From positions 32,001 through 96,000 of the IMG/VR virus record IMGVR_UViG_3300042914_004291: a DNA stretch of 64,000 nucleotides, one strand, 5' to 3'. Position numbers and translations under genes: made by a program. This document shows, piece after piece, positions 17,065-25,580 of the stretch (positions are counted from its first letter, which is position 1; every line of letters starts with the position of its first letter). Below the pieces are notes generated by a model. The model saw nothing but the letters and a program-made list of their open reading frames with translations. It had not been told where the DNA came from and did no database searches. This stretch comes from a virus.

Positions 17065-18124
17065 GTTGGCCCAGGAGTCCTGAGAAACGTTTCTTCTGTT
17101 CCGGTGTCAATCTGCCCATGACTGACGTGACACTCTGCAACATTGTTTGAACTCTCTTGAACTGATCTGCTGTCAATTGACCAGCAGGAGCTTGCTGGGA
17201 AGTTTGTTGTGTTGCGGTAGAATTTGCTGTAGCTGTAGCTGCCTGATTGGCTTGAGCCACGCCATTGACGACTTGCTTTGACGCTGCCAGGAACTTTTCG
17301 ATGGCTGGTTTCCGGTCAATTTGCTCTTTCATGCTTTGCTGAAATACACGCTTGTATTCATTCAAAGATGCGAGCCGCGCCTGCTGCACTTCTTTGAACA
17401 ATGACCCGTGACACTCAGCGACCAAACCGGCCGCAGAAAGTGTCGGGTTACTGGCCTGGGTAACAGGTTCCGCGGGGGCCTGTGCCTGTTGTGCGTCGTC
17501 CGCATTGGTGTAAAGCGCCTTCTTCAAGGCTTCAACATACGAATTTGCCAGATCTTTTGGTGTCAGTCCTGGCGGCGCCGGAATGAAGTTAAACCCAAGC
17601 TGCGTCAGTCGCTTGAAAAACCCGCCAAGCTTGTTCATGTTGACAGCGCTCAATTCCCTGAAGATGATGTTCTGCATCATCTTGAAGACTTTCTCTTGCT
17701 GACTTGTGTCCTCGGAGTTCATCTCCTCCAGGTGCGAGTCCATAAGCGCCTCCAAATCCTCCTGTATCAATGCAAACTTGGTCACATATGCAGCCACCGA
17801 CCCAGCTTGCAACACCGCGCGCTGCACCTGTTTTGGATTGTTCGATGCAAACGCTACTTCTGTTTGTTTATTGAAGACATCAAGTTTTTTCGAGATATCA
17901 CCAAACATCGGGTTTTTGGCATAGGCTGCGCGGACCTGGGTAAGATATTTTCTGATTGTAGAGATCATGGCCCTGAGTTCGGCCAGTTGCTCCGGAGTGT
18001 TCTTGGTGTTGCCCCAGAATAGTTTGCCGAGGCCAGCAAGCAGCGCGCCACCGGCAGCTGCCATGGTGCCTAGGATTTCATCAACTCTCTCTGGTGGTTG
18101 TTTGTTGGTGATCTTTGTTGACAT
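17045..18124 (-). CDS. Hypothetical helical protein, candidate internal virion protein
   Basis: 359-aa Ala/Gln-rich ORF, SD GGAG, late box TACTTA at 18140-18145. Confidence 0.7.
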   Translation of the reverse strand: MSTKITNKQPPERVDEILGTMAAAGGALLAGLGKLFWGNTKNTPEQLAELRAMISTIRKYLTQVRAAYAKNPMFGDISKKLDVFNKQTEVAFASNNPKQVQRAVLQAGSVAAYVTKFALIQEDLEALMDSHLEEMNSEDTSQQEKVFKMMQNIIFRELSAVNMNKLGGFFKRLTQLGFNFIPAPPGLTPKDLANSYVEALKKALYTNADDAQQAQAPAEPVTQASNPTLSAAGLVAECHGSLFKEVQQARLASLNEYKRVFQQSMKEQIDRKPAIEKFLAASKQVVNGVAQANQAATATANSTATQQTSQQAPAGQLTADQFKRVQTMLQSVTSVMGRLTPEQKKRFSGLLGQLKSVIG

Positions 18125-18159
18125 GTGTTTTCTCCTGTGTAAGTATGATGCTCAGGAAC

Positions 18160-18789
18160 ATGCTTGAAATTCATACCAACTCAACACTCTTATCAAAACC
18201 ATCTTTTGACGATGAAGAGATCACAGTCTCAGCATCGACACCAAAGATTCTTGTCGTGAACTCATTCGATGAGGATGCCGCAAAATCTTTTCTCCAGGGT
18301 TTCATCAATGCCATCAACACGGGACAGAGCATCCTTCCAGTGGTTGTTGACAGTTATGGCGGCGAAATCTATTCGCTCCTCAAGATGATCGACGTCATCA
18401 ATGACTCAAAGATCCCTGTTGCAACTGTTGCCATGGGCAAAGCGATGTCATGTGGTGCGATCCTCCTTGCTTGCGGCACCAAAGGTCACAGATATGCTTC
18501 GAAGAACAGCACGATCATGCTGCATGATGCTAGCGGTGGAGACTTGGGTAAAACATCCGATGTGAACGTCTCAGCAGCAGAACTCAAGAGACTGAACAAC
18601 AAGATCTGGGGTTTCCTAGATGAAAGATCTGGGAAGGAAGAAGGCTTCTTCAAGAAGCTCGTGCACGACAATGATCACGCAGACCTGTTTCTCACCCCAG
18701 AACAAGCACTGGAGTATGGACTGATTGATTTCATCGGCGTTCCAAAGACAAAGATCACCTTCGATGCCAAGATGGAGTTCACACTATGA
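18160..18789 (+). CDS. clpP: ClpP-family protease subunit
   Basis: DSYGG, GKAMSCG (catalytic Ser), IMLHDAS (His), DLFLTPEQALEYGLID. Confidence 0.9.
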   Translation: MLEIHTNSTLLSKPSFDDEEITVSASTPKILVVNSFDEDAAKSFLQGFINAINTGQSILPVVVDSYGGEIYSLLKMIDVINDSKIPVATVAMGKAMSCGAILLACGTKGHRYASKNSTIMLHDASGGDLGKTSDVNVSAAELKRLNNKIWGFLDERSGKEEGFFKKLVHDNDHADLFLTPEQALEYGLIDFIGVPKTKITFDAKMEFTL

Positions 18790-20087
18790 GTGAAACAAAA
18801 TACAAACCAAAATTATATGCACTGTTTGCTTCGCAGCAAGATAAATTTGGGCTGTCATATCGCAAGGATGGCGAGGTAGTTCACACTTTGCCATGGGTAA
18901 TGCCACACAAAGAAGATATGCGTGTTTTCAAACACTTGACAAAAGGTAATGTGGTTGTCATGGGCCGAAACACTTTCAACTCTACTGGTAACAAAGGCTT
19001 TCGGGACAGAACAAATGTGGTTGTAACTTCTGACACGGCAAGACTCACAAGGAATGCTGAAGTCGAGTGTGGCAATGATTTGTTCTTTGTAAAGAATATA
19101 GACGAAGCAGTTGAGCTAGCTTTGCGACATGCCACAGCAAAAAAACAAGATGTTTTCTTCATTGGTGGGAAAACCTTGTTAGTCGATCTATTTTCTGATC
19201 ACTTGGATTTGTTGGATGGAGTTTACTATGCCGGAATCCATGCTGGATATCCACCTGCTATAGCACCTTGGGATGCAACGGAAGTAAATTACACACTGTT
19301 TCCAACTCCTACAGACATATACAAGAATCCTGGCGTGATGACACTTGACGCGTCTTTGCATGGCGACAATGTTACATATCTCAAATATGTCAAGACAGCT
19401 TCGCCTGAAGAGTTGCGGGCGTTTCAACGACTTGATATGGCGGAAAACCTCGCGTTCTACAAAGATAGTTTCTACACACCAAGTCCATCGAACGAAGAAA
19501 TCATGGCACATGAGAGCCCGATACCAACAGTTGCTGATGAGAAAATAATTGAAGCGATCTCTGCAAGCCTCAATCCTCTCGTGGTTGAAACAGCAATCAA
19601 CCCAACATCCAAACGCGACCGCGGCATGTCCGGGATTGATCCTTTTGACGTCACCACCGCTTGGAGAGAGTCTGTTGATGAGATGGATAAATATCTCAAT
19701 TCATTCAGCAAAGTTCTGCCGCAAGAAAAACCGACTGAATCAGCTTTGTCAGAAGAAAAAGATCCAGCTTTACCAACAGATTTTGTTGGTGTTGCAACTG
19801 AGATTGGTGAGCTCCTGGTGATCAAGGATGCAGCCTATGGCTCTGCCTTTGAGAAGACAAAGGAGATCCTCAAGATCCTGTTTCCAAACGGACTCCCAGT
19901 GGAAGCATTCGATGACGGCTTGACCATTCAGAGGATTCTTGACAAGATCTGTCGCCTGACCGTTCTCTGCACCAACCCAGATGAGAACAAGACAGATGAG
20001 AGAACAGAAGACGCCTGGAAAGACATCGCAGGATATGCAATCAAAGCACTGTGCGAGCAACGAAGAAAGAAGACACAAACATCATGA
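18786..20087 (+). CDS. Dihydrofolate reductase fused to a C-terminal DUF1599/Nmad1-like domain
   Basis: N-term LPW...EDMRVFKHLTKGNVVVMGRNTF...RTNVVVTS...FFIGG; C-term KDAAYGSAF...RILDKICRL...EDAWKDIAGYAI. Confidence 0.8.
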   Translation: MSETKYKPKLYALFASQQDKFGLSYRKDGEVVHTLPWVMPHKEDMRVFKHLTKGNVVVMGRNTFNSTGNKGFRDRTNVVVTSDTARLTRNAEVECGNDLFFVKNIDEAVELALRHATAKKQDVFFIGGKTLLVDLFSDHLDLLDGVYYAGIHAGYPPAIAPWDATEVNYTLFPTPTDIYKNPGVMTLDASLHGDNVTYLKYVKTASPEELRAFQRLDMAENLAFYKDSFYTPSPSNEEIMAHESPIPTVADEKIIEAISASLNPLVVETAINPTSKRDRGMSGIDPFDVTTAWRESVDEMDKYLNSFSKVLPQEKPTESALSEEKDPALPTDFVGVATEIGELLVIKDAAYGSAFEKTKEILKILFPNGLPVEAFDDGLTIQRILDKICRLTVLCTNPDENKTDERTEDAWKDIAGYAIKALCEQRRKKTQTS

Positions 20088-20329
20088 ACGTAACCGATCA
20101 GAAAGTCCTAGGAACTCTTGGTGGCTGGACCATCATGGGAAGGATTGTCCACTACTCTCTGTTTGATGGTAAGATGCATCGACCAGAACTAACACTGATC
20201 CCACCACCTCAAGGCCCAGTCAACTCAGATGTCTGGTTCTCAGCAGAAGATCTAGCAAAGTTCAGTGAAGCGCTGAATGCCTACGCTGCTTCTGTTGGGT
20301 ATTTGCCGCAACCTATACAAAAACGCTAA
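20084..20329 (+). CDS. Hypothetical protein
   Basis: ATG 20084 overlaps the upstream TGA. Confidence 0.6.
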   Translation: MNVTDQKVLGTLGGWTIMGRIVHYSLFDGKMHRPELTLIPPPQGPVNSDVWFSAEDLAKFSEALNAYAASVGYLPQPIQKR

Positions 20330-20358
20330 TCCCCAACAAACATAGTCACACAAAGACT

Positions 20359-20676
20359 ATGTCCATCCAAGATTATCAAGCAACCAACAGCGAGCCAAGC
20401 TCACTCTCACAGTTTCCCGCCGCAGCACCTCTCCGTCTCTCCGATGAACTGATTGGACAGATTGCCAAACTAGTTCAACTGGCAATGCTCACTGGCACCT
20501 CAGTGGTCGATCAGATCAGAGGCATGCAGGTAGAGGCTGATGCATCAACTGGGGAAGTGACTTTACACAAAGATTACGTGGAAGGCTTCAACGGTTATCT
20601 CCAGGCGCTCCTCGAACAAGCCGAAGCTCTTGCTGAAGAATTTGCAACAAACAAGGACAGCCAAGAGGGCGTATGA
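20359..20676 (+). CDS. Hypothetical protein
   Basis: 105-aa ORF in a co-directional run. Confidence 0.65.
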   Translation: MSIQDYQATNSEPSSLSQFPAAAPLRLSDELIGQIAKLVQLAMLTGTSVVDQIRGMQVEADASTGEVTLHKDYVEGFNGYLQALLEQAEALAEEFATNKDSQEGV

Positions 20677-20888
20677 TTGTTAGACTTGAAAACGCTGACG
20701 ATGTCGCAAGTGCTCTAGAAGATGCGCAAAACAGATCTCTAGAGATCCCTGATACAATCACCGAAGATGATGTTGAAATGATTTTGCAAAAGATCAATCC
20801 AACAAACATAAAAAATGCCGTGAAGCGCCGAGATCACCTTGCGTTTGACGCTGTACTGATCGACCCGAAAGCCTCTACCCAGATCTGA
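20673..20888 (+). CDS. Hypothetical protein
   Basis: ATGA overlap, SD-like GAGGG. Confidence 0.6.
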   Translation: MIVRLENADDVASALEDAQNRSLEIPDTITEDDVEMILQKINPTNIKNAVKRRDHLAFDAVLIDPKASTQI

Positions 20889-20961
20889 ATTCATTACCAA
20901 TCATAGAACCTCCCTATAATCGATTCTGAGCTCTTGGATAGTTAAGTCATCGAAGAGCACC

Positions 20962-21381
20962 ATGTCCTCAAAACAAGCCACTAGAAATAATCCTAGCAAC
21001 GTTCTAGAAGAGCACACAGCCGTTGACACCATCTTGGATCAATACATTCAAGAGCTCTGTGAGGGTTCGGGTGCGATTAATGCTGGGAAAGCTTTCATGA
21101 AGGCAGCGAACCCATGGATCAGGTCTAGAGCCACCAACAGGGCTAGGTTTGCGATTAATGCTGCAAACTCTGGGAAGAAGCCCAGCGATCCAGGTCTTCA
21201 AGCTGACCTTGATAATAGAATGCGGCAAACCCCACAGATGAATCCTTTGACGAATCCAGACAGCTATGGGGTTCTTGCCGCTGTTTCTGCTTCTGTGCAG
21301 AATGACCCTGACATGTCTGCCAAGGTCAAGAGGTTCTATAGAGCAATGGTTGACAACTGGGTCAAGTCAAAGCTGAAGTAA
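20962..21381 (+). CDS. Hypothetical protein, candidate late gene
   Basis: 139-aa ORF preceded by TAGTTA at 20939-20944. Confidence 0.65.
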   Translation: MSSKQATRNNPSNVLEEHTAVDTILDQYIQELCEGSGAINAGKAFMKAANPWIRSRATNRARFAINAANSGKKPSDPGLQADLDNRMRQTPQMNPLTNPDSYGVLAAVSASVQNDPDMSAKVKRFYRAMVDNWVKSKLK

Positions 21382-21397
21382 AGTTGCAACTCAAATC

Positions 21398-22558
21398 TCA
21401 GGTTGCAACTGAGATCTCAAGTCCAAACTGCGCTGCATATGCACTGAAGGTGTTGATTGCATCATTCTTCTGCATCTTCACGACCCACTCCAGATTCACC
21501 GAGTCATATGTCCGCTGCTTGGGGCCGATCTCTGCCTTGATCTTGTAAATGATCCCTGGGCATGAAGGATTCTTCCAGTTGAAGTTCTTGATCGTGACTC
21601 CAACCTTCTCTCCATCAATCTCACGAAGAACAACGTACGGTGCACCGCTCTGACCAGAGGCTGGGATGCTATGAGCAGAGTTGTTTGGAGCAACGGGCTT
21701 CGCAACAGGAACGTAGAGAGGATTCGCCGCGATCCATTCCTTGATCTGAACAGTGAGCTCGGAGACGTTGGTTTCCTCAAGCATCGGCCAATACTCCAAT
21801 GCCACATCAATCATCTTCAGCCCATCATGCCCAGTGACACGACACATGAACTGAGGATATGTTGCAACCTTGACCTTCGGACAGACTTCTTTGATCGCTG
21901 CAATCCCTGGCTTGTTCCTAGAACCGGTAAGTTCTAGAATTCCGGAGTGCATGCTGAACTTCAGCGCAGAAGGTCCAGTTGAACCATTCCCGGACATCAC
22001 ACCAGCAACACCAACATAGCCAAGTTCCTTGACCAGCCGGATCAGTGCGATCTTGAACTCGCGATCAAGATGACGAAAAGATAGGATGGTATCTACGGCC
22101 TGGATGATCAACCGGTTGTCCGATCCAACCGCATAGCCCTCGATGCCCGTCTTGTCGTACCCATCCACCGCAGCAGCATAACCTGCATTCTCGATCACAA
22201 GATCCGAAACGGCCTTCGCAGTTGCTTCGATCAACTCCGCGGTCTGCTTCCCGGGAACTCCGGAACTCATGAGCGGAATGCGAAATGCTGTGATGATTGC
22301 CATGGGATAGTTTGCCGAGATCTTTGCGCTTGCCGCGAGCTTCGTGGTCAGCGCATTGCAAACAGGACCGACTCCGAGTTGCCGCGAAGCAGGATCCGTC
22401 AATGGCCTGCCGCAACGGGAACAATGCCGCCCGTCCATGCTCGACTGCGCAAAACCACCAAGAGCCGCAACAGCTTGGTGAAGGGCCTGTAGAGCCATCG
22501 AGCTGTTCTGCCGAGTGAGAGATTGGCCGCGATTCTTCGAAGCAGTGGAGGTTGACAT
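21398..22558 (-). CDS. DUF6011 zinc-finger domain protein
   Basis: CSRCGRPLTDPASRQLGVGPVC; start set at the ATG downstream of the promoter at 22615-22643. Confidence 0.75.
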   Translation of the reverse strand: MSTSTASKNRGQSLTRQNSSMALQALHQAVAALGGFAQSSMDGRHCSRCGRPLTDPASRQLGVGPVCNALTTKLAASAKISANYPMAIITAFRIPLMSSGVPGKQTAELIEATAKAVSDLVIENAGYAAAVDGYDKTGIEGYAVGSDNRLIIQAVDTILSFRHLDREFKIALIRLVKELGYVGVAGVMSGNGSTGPSALKFSMHSGILELTGSRNKPGIAAIKEVCPKVKVATYPQFMCRVTGHDGLKMIDVALEYWPMLEETNVSELTVQIKEWIAANPLYVPVAKPVAPNNSAHSIPASGQSGAPYVVLREIDGEKVGVTIKNFNWKNPSCPGIIYKIKAEIGPKQRTYDSVNLEWVVKMQKNDAINTFSAYAAQFGLEISVAT

Positions 22559-24329
22559 GATTTTTACTCTGCCTTTCATTTGTGCCGGGTAGGTAGTCGT
22601 TGGTGACAGACTGAACCCTAACACCGACCGAAGATCTTGTCAAGTCGATCCGGGAACCATGACTGCTGGGTGGAATTGGTTCCCGCGCATGCTGATCGAT
22701 CGCCAAACTGCCCTGAAGGGCTGGCGCTGTGGCCGGATCATTGTCCGGACAAATGCCATCAGATCCCCCATGCCCCCTAGTATTCCTACACTTAATACCT
22801 TCACTTAAGTCCTTACTAGTAAAGCTTTCTAGTGTATGCTCTTCTTGTATTCTATCTTCCTTCTGATAGTCAGGGGAAGAGAGAGGAGGAGTGGAGAACG
22901 GAGAGGTAGCAACGTTGCTTAAGCTGTGGTGTGTCTTGGCTTTTCTATCAAGATACTCTTGGTATTTGTCTTCCACCACAAGCCACTCATGTCTCCTAAC
23001 ACCGGCTCGACGTTTATCAATCATCTTGATGTGGCTGTAGTTCTGGTGGAGTATCATTCCAATCTGCATGATATTCAACCTTGCATATTGAAATTCATTA
23101 AATCCTAGGTTGGTGTAATATGCCTGTCGTAGCTCTATTAGCTCTTTCGCAACAAAACCTCTGCCATTGACTCTGAGATTCTCGAAGATGGCTTCTGGAA
23201 GAACTGTTGAGAAGAATTCCTTGTCCAGTTTCTCATTGTCTTTCTGGAAATCAAAGATCCTGTTGCCGTATTGTTCTGGGATGTGGTTGTTCTTGAGGCA
23301 CCATTCAAAGAACACACGGAGCATCTCGTCATATGTTTTCATGGATGGTTTGAATTTCATAACAGATGAGATCAGCGTTTTGAGTTCATGCTCAGAGAAA
23401 GTTTCTGGCGCCTCAAAACGCATTGCAATCATTTCTCTGGCCAACTCGTATAAATTGCCTTTGAGCGCTCCTCTGGCTCTCTGCTGGCAAAGGTATGTGT
23501 AGAGCGTCTGGTTTCTCATTCCACAAGGAATGACCGTGGTTTTTTCATCGATCAACTTACGCACGCCGTCTTTGCTGGCTAACCGTTTCTCGATCTCTTC
23601 CGGTGTGTTTTTCTTGGACGTCTTAGGTGCAGGCACATTACCATCTGCTGAGGTATCAGCAGGTTTGCTAGATTTTTTTCTATTGGCCGGTAACAACATG
23701 GAGTCTAACTCTGCACGTACGAACTCAGGAAGCTCCCTGATAATCATGCTAGAGCCAAAGCGGCCATAATTCCCTTTTGCATTCCTGGATGGTGGAATGA
23801 TCGCATACCCTCCAAGGCCGCGGACATCAACACCTCTTGCAAGAGTTGAAACCGAATTCTTCAATGGTTTGTCGCTAAGGTAAAGGTAGTGTTTCCCGCC
23901 AGAACCTGTGAAATAATTCACTGTTTGTTCTGTACACGAATCGAGCTTCTGAATCATGTCGTCATTGTGATCGATATCGATGATGACGAGGTATTTGCCA
24001 GGATTTAGTTTGCTTTCAAAGCCACATGCCAGCCCAATGTTTGACCTGATGTGATGGGTGTTTGTGCCAAACGCCACATTCTCTTCAAGTTTTTCAACTG
24101 AAAGTTTCAACAGAGACATGACGTTGTCTTGACCAAACGACAGTTTCTTTTGCCAACCACCAGCATATGGATGTTTGCCGGGTATATCGCACGCAACATT
24201 CCTGCATGTGCACTTGCCAGTTCGCGGGTTGACTCCATGGAGATTGACAAAACCAAACCCATGTTTGGTCAAGAGCTCAAGCAATTCTAGTGATTTTCTG
24301 AACTCCGGATTTTCTAGGTTGAACAGCAT
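22065..24329 (-). CDS. Bifunctional DNA primase/polymerase (prim-pol) with PriCT-like domain; the C-terminal ~280 codons look non-protein-like
   Basis: CTCRNVACDIPGKHP, NIGLACG, VIIDID, TGSGGKHYLY, GVDVRGLGGYAIIPPS, GMRNQTLY. Confidence 0.85.
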   Translation of the reverse strand: MLFNLENPEFRKSLELLELLTKHGFGFVNLHGVNPRTGKCTCRNVACDIPGKHPYAGGWQKKLSFGQDNVMSLLKLSVEKLEENVAFGTNTHHIRSNIGLACGFESKLNPGKYLVIIDIDHNDDMIQKLDSCTEQTVNYFTGSGGKHYLYLSDKPLKNSVSTLARGVDVRGLGGYAIIPPSRNAKGNYGRFGSSMIIRELPEFVRAELDSMLLPANRKKSSKPADTSADGNVPAPKTSKKNTPEEIEKRLASKDGVRKLIDEKTTVIPCGMRNQTLYTYLCQQRARGALKGNLYELAREMIAMRFEAPETFSEHELKTLISSVMKFKPSMKTYDEMLRVFFEWCLKNNHIPEQYGNRIFDFQKDNEKLDKEFFSTVLPEAIFENLRVNGRGFVAKELIELRQAYYTNLGFNEFQYARLNIMQIGMILHQNYSHIKMIDKRRAGVRRHEWLVVEDKYQEYLDRKAKTHHSLSNVATSPFSTPPLSSPDYQKEDRIQEEHTLESFTSKDLSEGIKCRNTRGHGGSDGICPDNDPATAPALQGSLAIDQHAREPIPPSSHGSRIDLTRSSVGVRVQSVTNDYLPGTNERQSKNHVNLHCFEESRPISHSAEQLDGSTGPSPSCCGSWWFCAVEHGRAALFPLRQAIDGSCFAATRSRSCLQCADHEARGKRKDLGKLSHGNHHSISHSAHEFRSSREADRGVDRSNCEGRFGSCDRECRLCCCGGWVRQDGHRGLCGWIGQPVDHPGRRYHPIFSSS
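22615..22643 (-). promoter_or_regulatory. Sigma70-like early promoter
   Basis: Minus strand TTGACA-N17-TAGGGT, same hexamers as 2039-2067. Confidence 0.7.
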
Positions 24330-24350
24330 GAGTTATTATACGCTTGGTGT

Positions 24351-24380
24351 ATGATAGCTTATACGGACGGTGTTTGTCAA
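24351..24380 (-). promoter_or_regulatory. Sigma70-like promoter for prim-pol
   Basis: Minus strand TTGACA-N18-TATCAT. Confidence 0.55.
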
Positions 24381-24399
24381 TGTCCGTCTCGGTTTGTGT

Positions 24400-24609
24400 T
24401 TAGGTGTATATAATACCAGTCACTACAGCTCCGACTGGAACAGCCAATGGATTCGTTGTTTCGCCTTCTACTCCTGTAGCTAAAACCCTGTATTGATATG
24501 TCGTGATTGATGGCGAGGGTTCTGCTACCAAGCCGCCGCGATTGCTGCCACATCTCCCGGCAAACACAGTAGGCCCTTGCGTAATTAGAAGTCCGTTAAA
24601 AACAGCCAT
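24400..24609 (-). CDS. Small putative tail-associated protein
   Basis: 69-aa ORF starting 9 nt after the preceding structural gene. Confidence 0.55.
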   Translation of the reverse strand: MAVFNGLLITQGPTVFAGRCGSNRGGLVAEPSPSITTYQYRVLATGVEGETTNPLAVPVGAVVTGIIYT

Positions 24610-24618
24610 TATCTTCTT

Positions 24619-25569
24619 TCAGCTCAGAGTCGGTGTCGATGAATCCCAGACGACCCACACCCCGGCAGCATAGATCCAGTTATCAGAACCATCGACCAAC
24701 TTGTCTCCATTCTGTCTGCCGCCCACGGTGCACCATCGATGACGGCCCGCTATCCCAACCCACCCCGACGACGTGCTGGCGGCGGCGTTGCGCGCGACGG
24801 GGATCTGCCACGGCACCTCGCGGCCACCGACGGGAGTTTGTCCCAGCTGTCCGCCGGTAGTGTTCCCGGCGGGCGCTAGCTGGCTGCTCCCATCATACAC
24901 CATGCCGTAGGCGATTCGCTGATTGGACGCGGCGGTTGTGTACCGCTTGTACCCGAGCATCGCCGACCCCGTAGTGATCGAGAACGCCCCGGTCGCAGCG
25001 AGTCCCGTGACGTTGTAATAACCAATCCACAGGTACGGGTCGGTGTCTTCTGATGCAGTGCTGCCCGTCAAAAGTGGCTCGTCTGCCAAGAATGTTAACA
25101 CGTTGCCACCACCAACAGGCAAAGCGAAAGCTGTCCAGCCATAGTTCACGGTATCAACCGTGATAAACCAACGCCCGGGTGTTGCACTGAACGCGCTAGC
25201 CGCACTGAACAATGCCGTCGCATCAGTGGCCGTACTAGCAGTTGTCGCGGTGGGGCTTCCACCAGTAAAACCAGCTTTTGACCGCGAGATTGTCCACGTC
25301 ACATCGCTTGCCCCGCGCTGAAAGAGCCACTCGCGCGAGAAAGCCCCCGGCGCGGCAACTCGAAACCATGCCGAAGTATTGCCAAGGTTTCCTGCACCAG
25401 AACCGGCAGAGCCATATGGGTTTGTTGATAGGTTGACGTTGTCGTTGCTGAGTGTCGTTGCGTCAGACCATCGTTTAACAAGCCATCCAGCAGTGCATAG
25501 CTCAGTCAATAATGAAAATATAGCGGCAGTGCCGTTCGTTGGGGATGTGACGTTTGTGTTGGTGGCCAT
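24619..25569 (-). CDS. Putative tail fibre / receptor-binding protein
   Basis: Gly/Ser/Thr/Ala/Trp-rich beta-type sequence in a late operon. Confidence 0.6.
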   Translation of the reverse strand: MATNTNVTSPTNGTAAIFSLLTELCTAGWLVKRWSDATTLSNDNVNLSTNPYGSAGSGAGNLGNTSAWFRVAAPGAFSREWLFQRGASDVTWTISRSKAGFTGGSPTATTASTATDATALFSAASAFSATPGRWFITVDTVNYGWTAFALPVGGGNVLTFLADEPLLTGSTASEDTDPYLWIGYYNVTGLAATGAFSITTGSAMLGYKRYTTAASNQRIAYGMVYDGSSQLAPAGNTTGGQLGQTPVGGREVPWQIPVARNAAASTSSGWVGIAGRHRWCTVGGRQNGDKLVDGSDNWIYAAGVWVVWDSSTPTLS

Positions 25570-25580
25570 GATGTTTTGAC

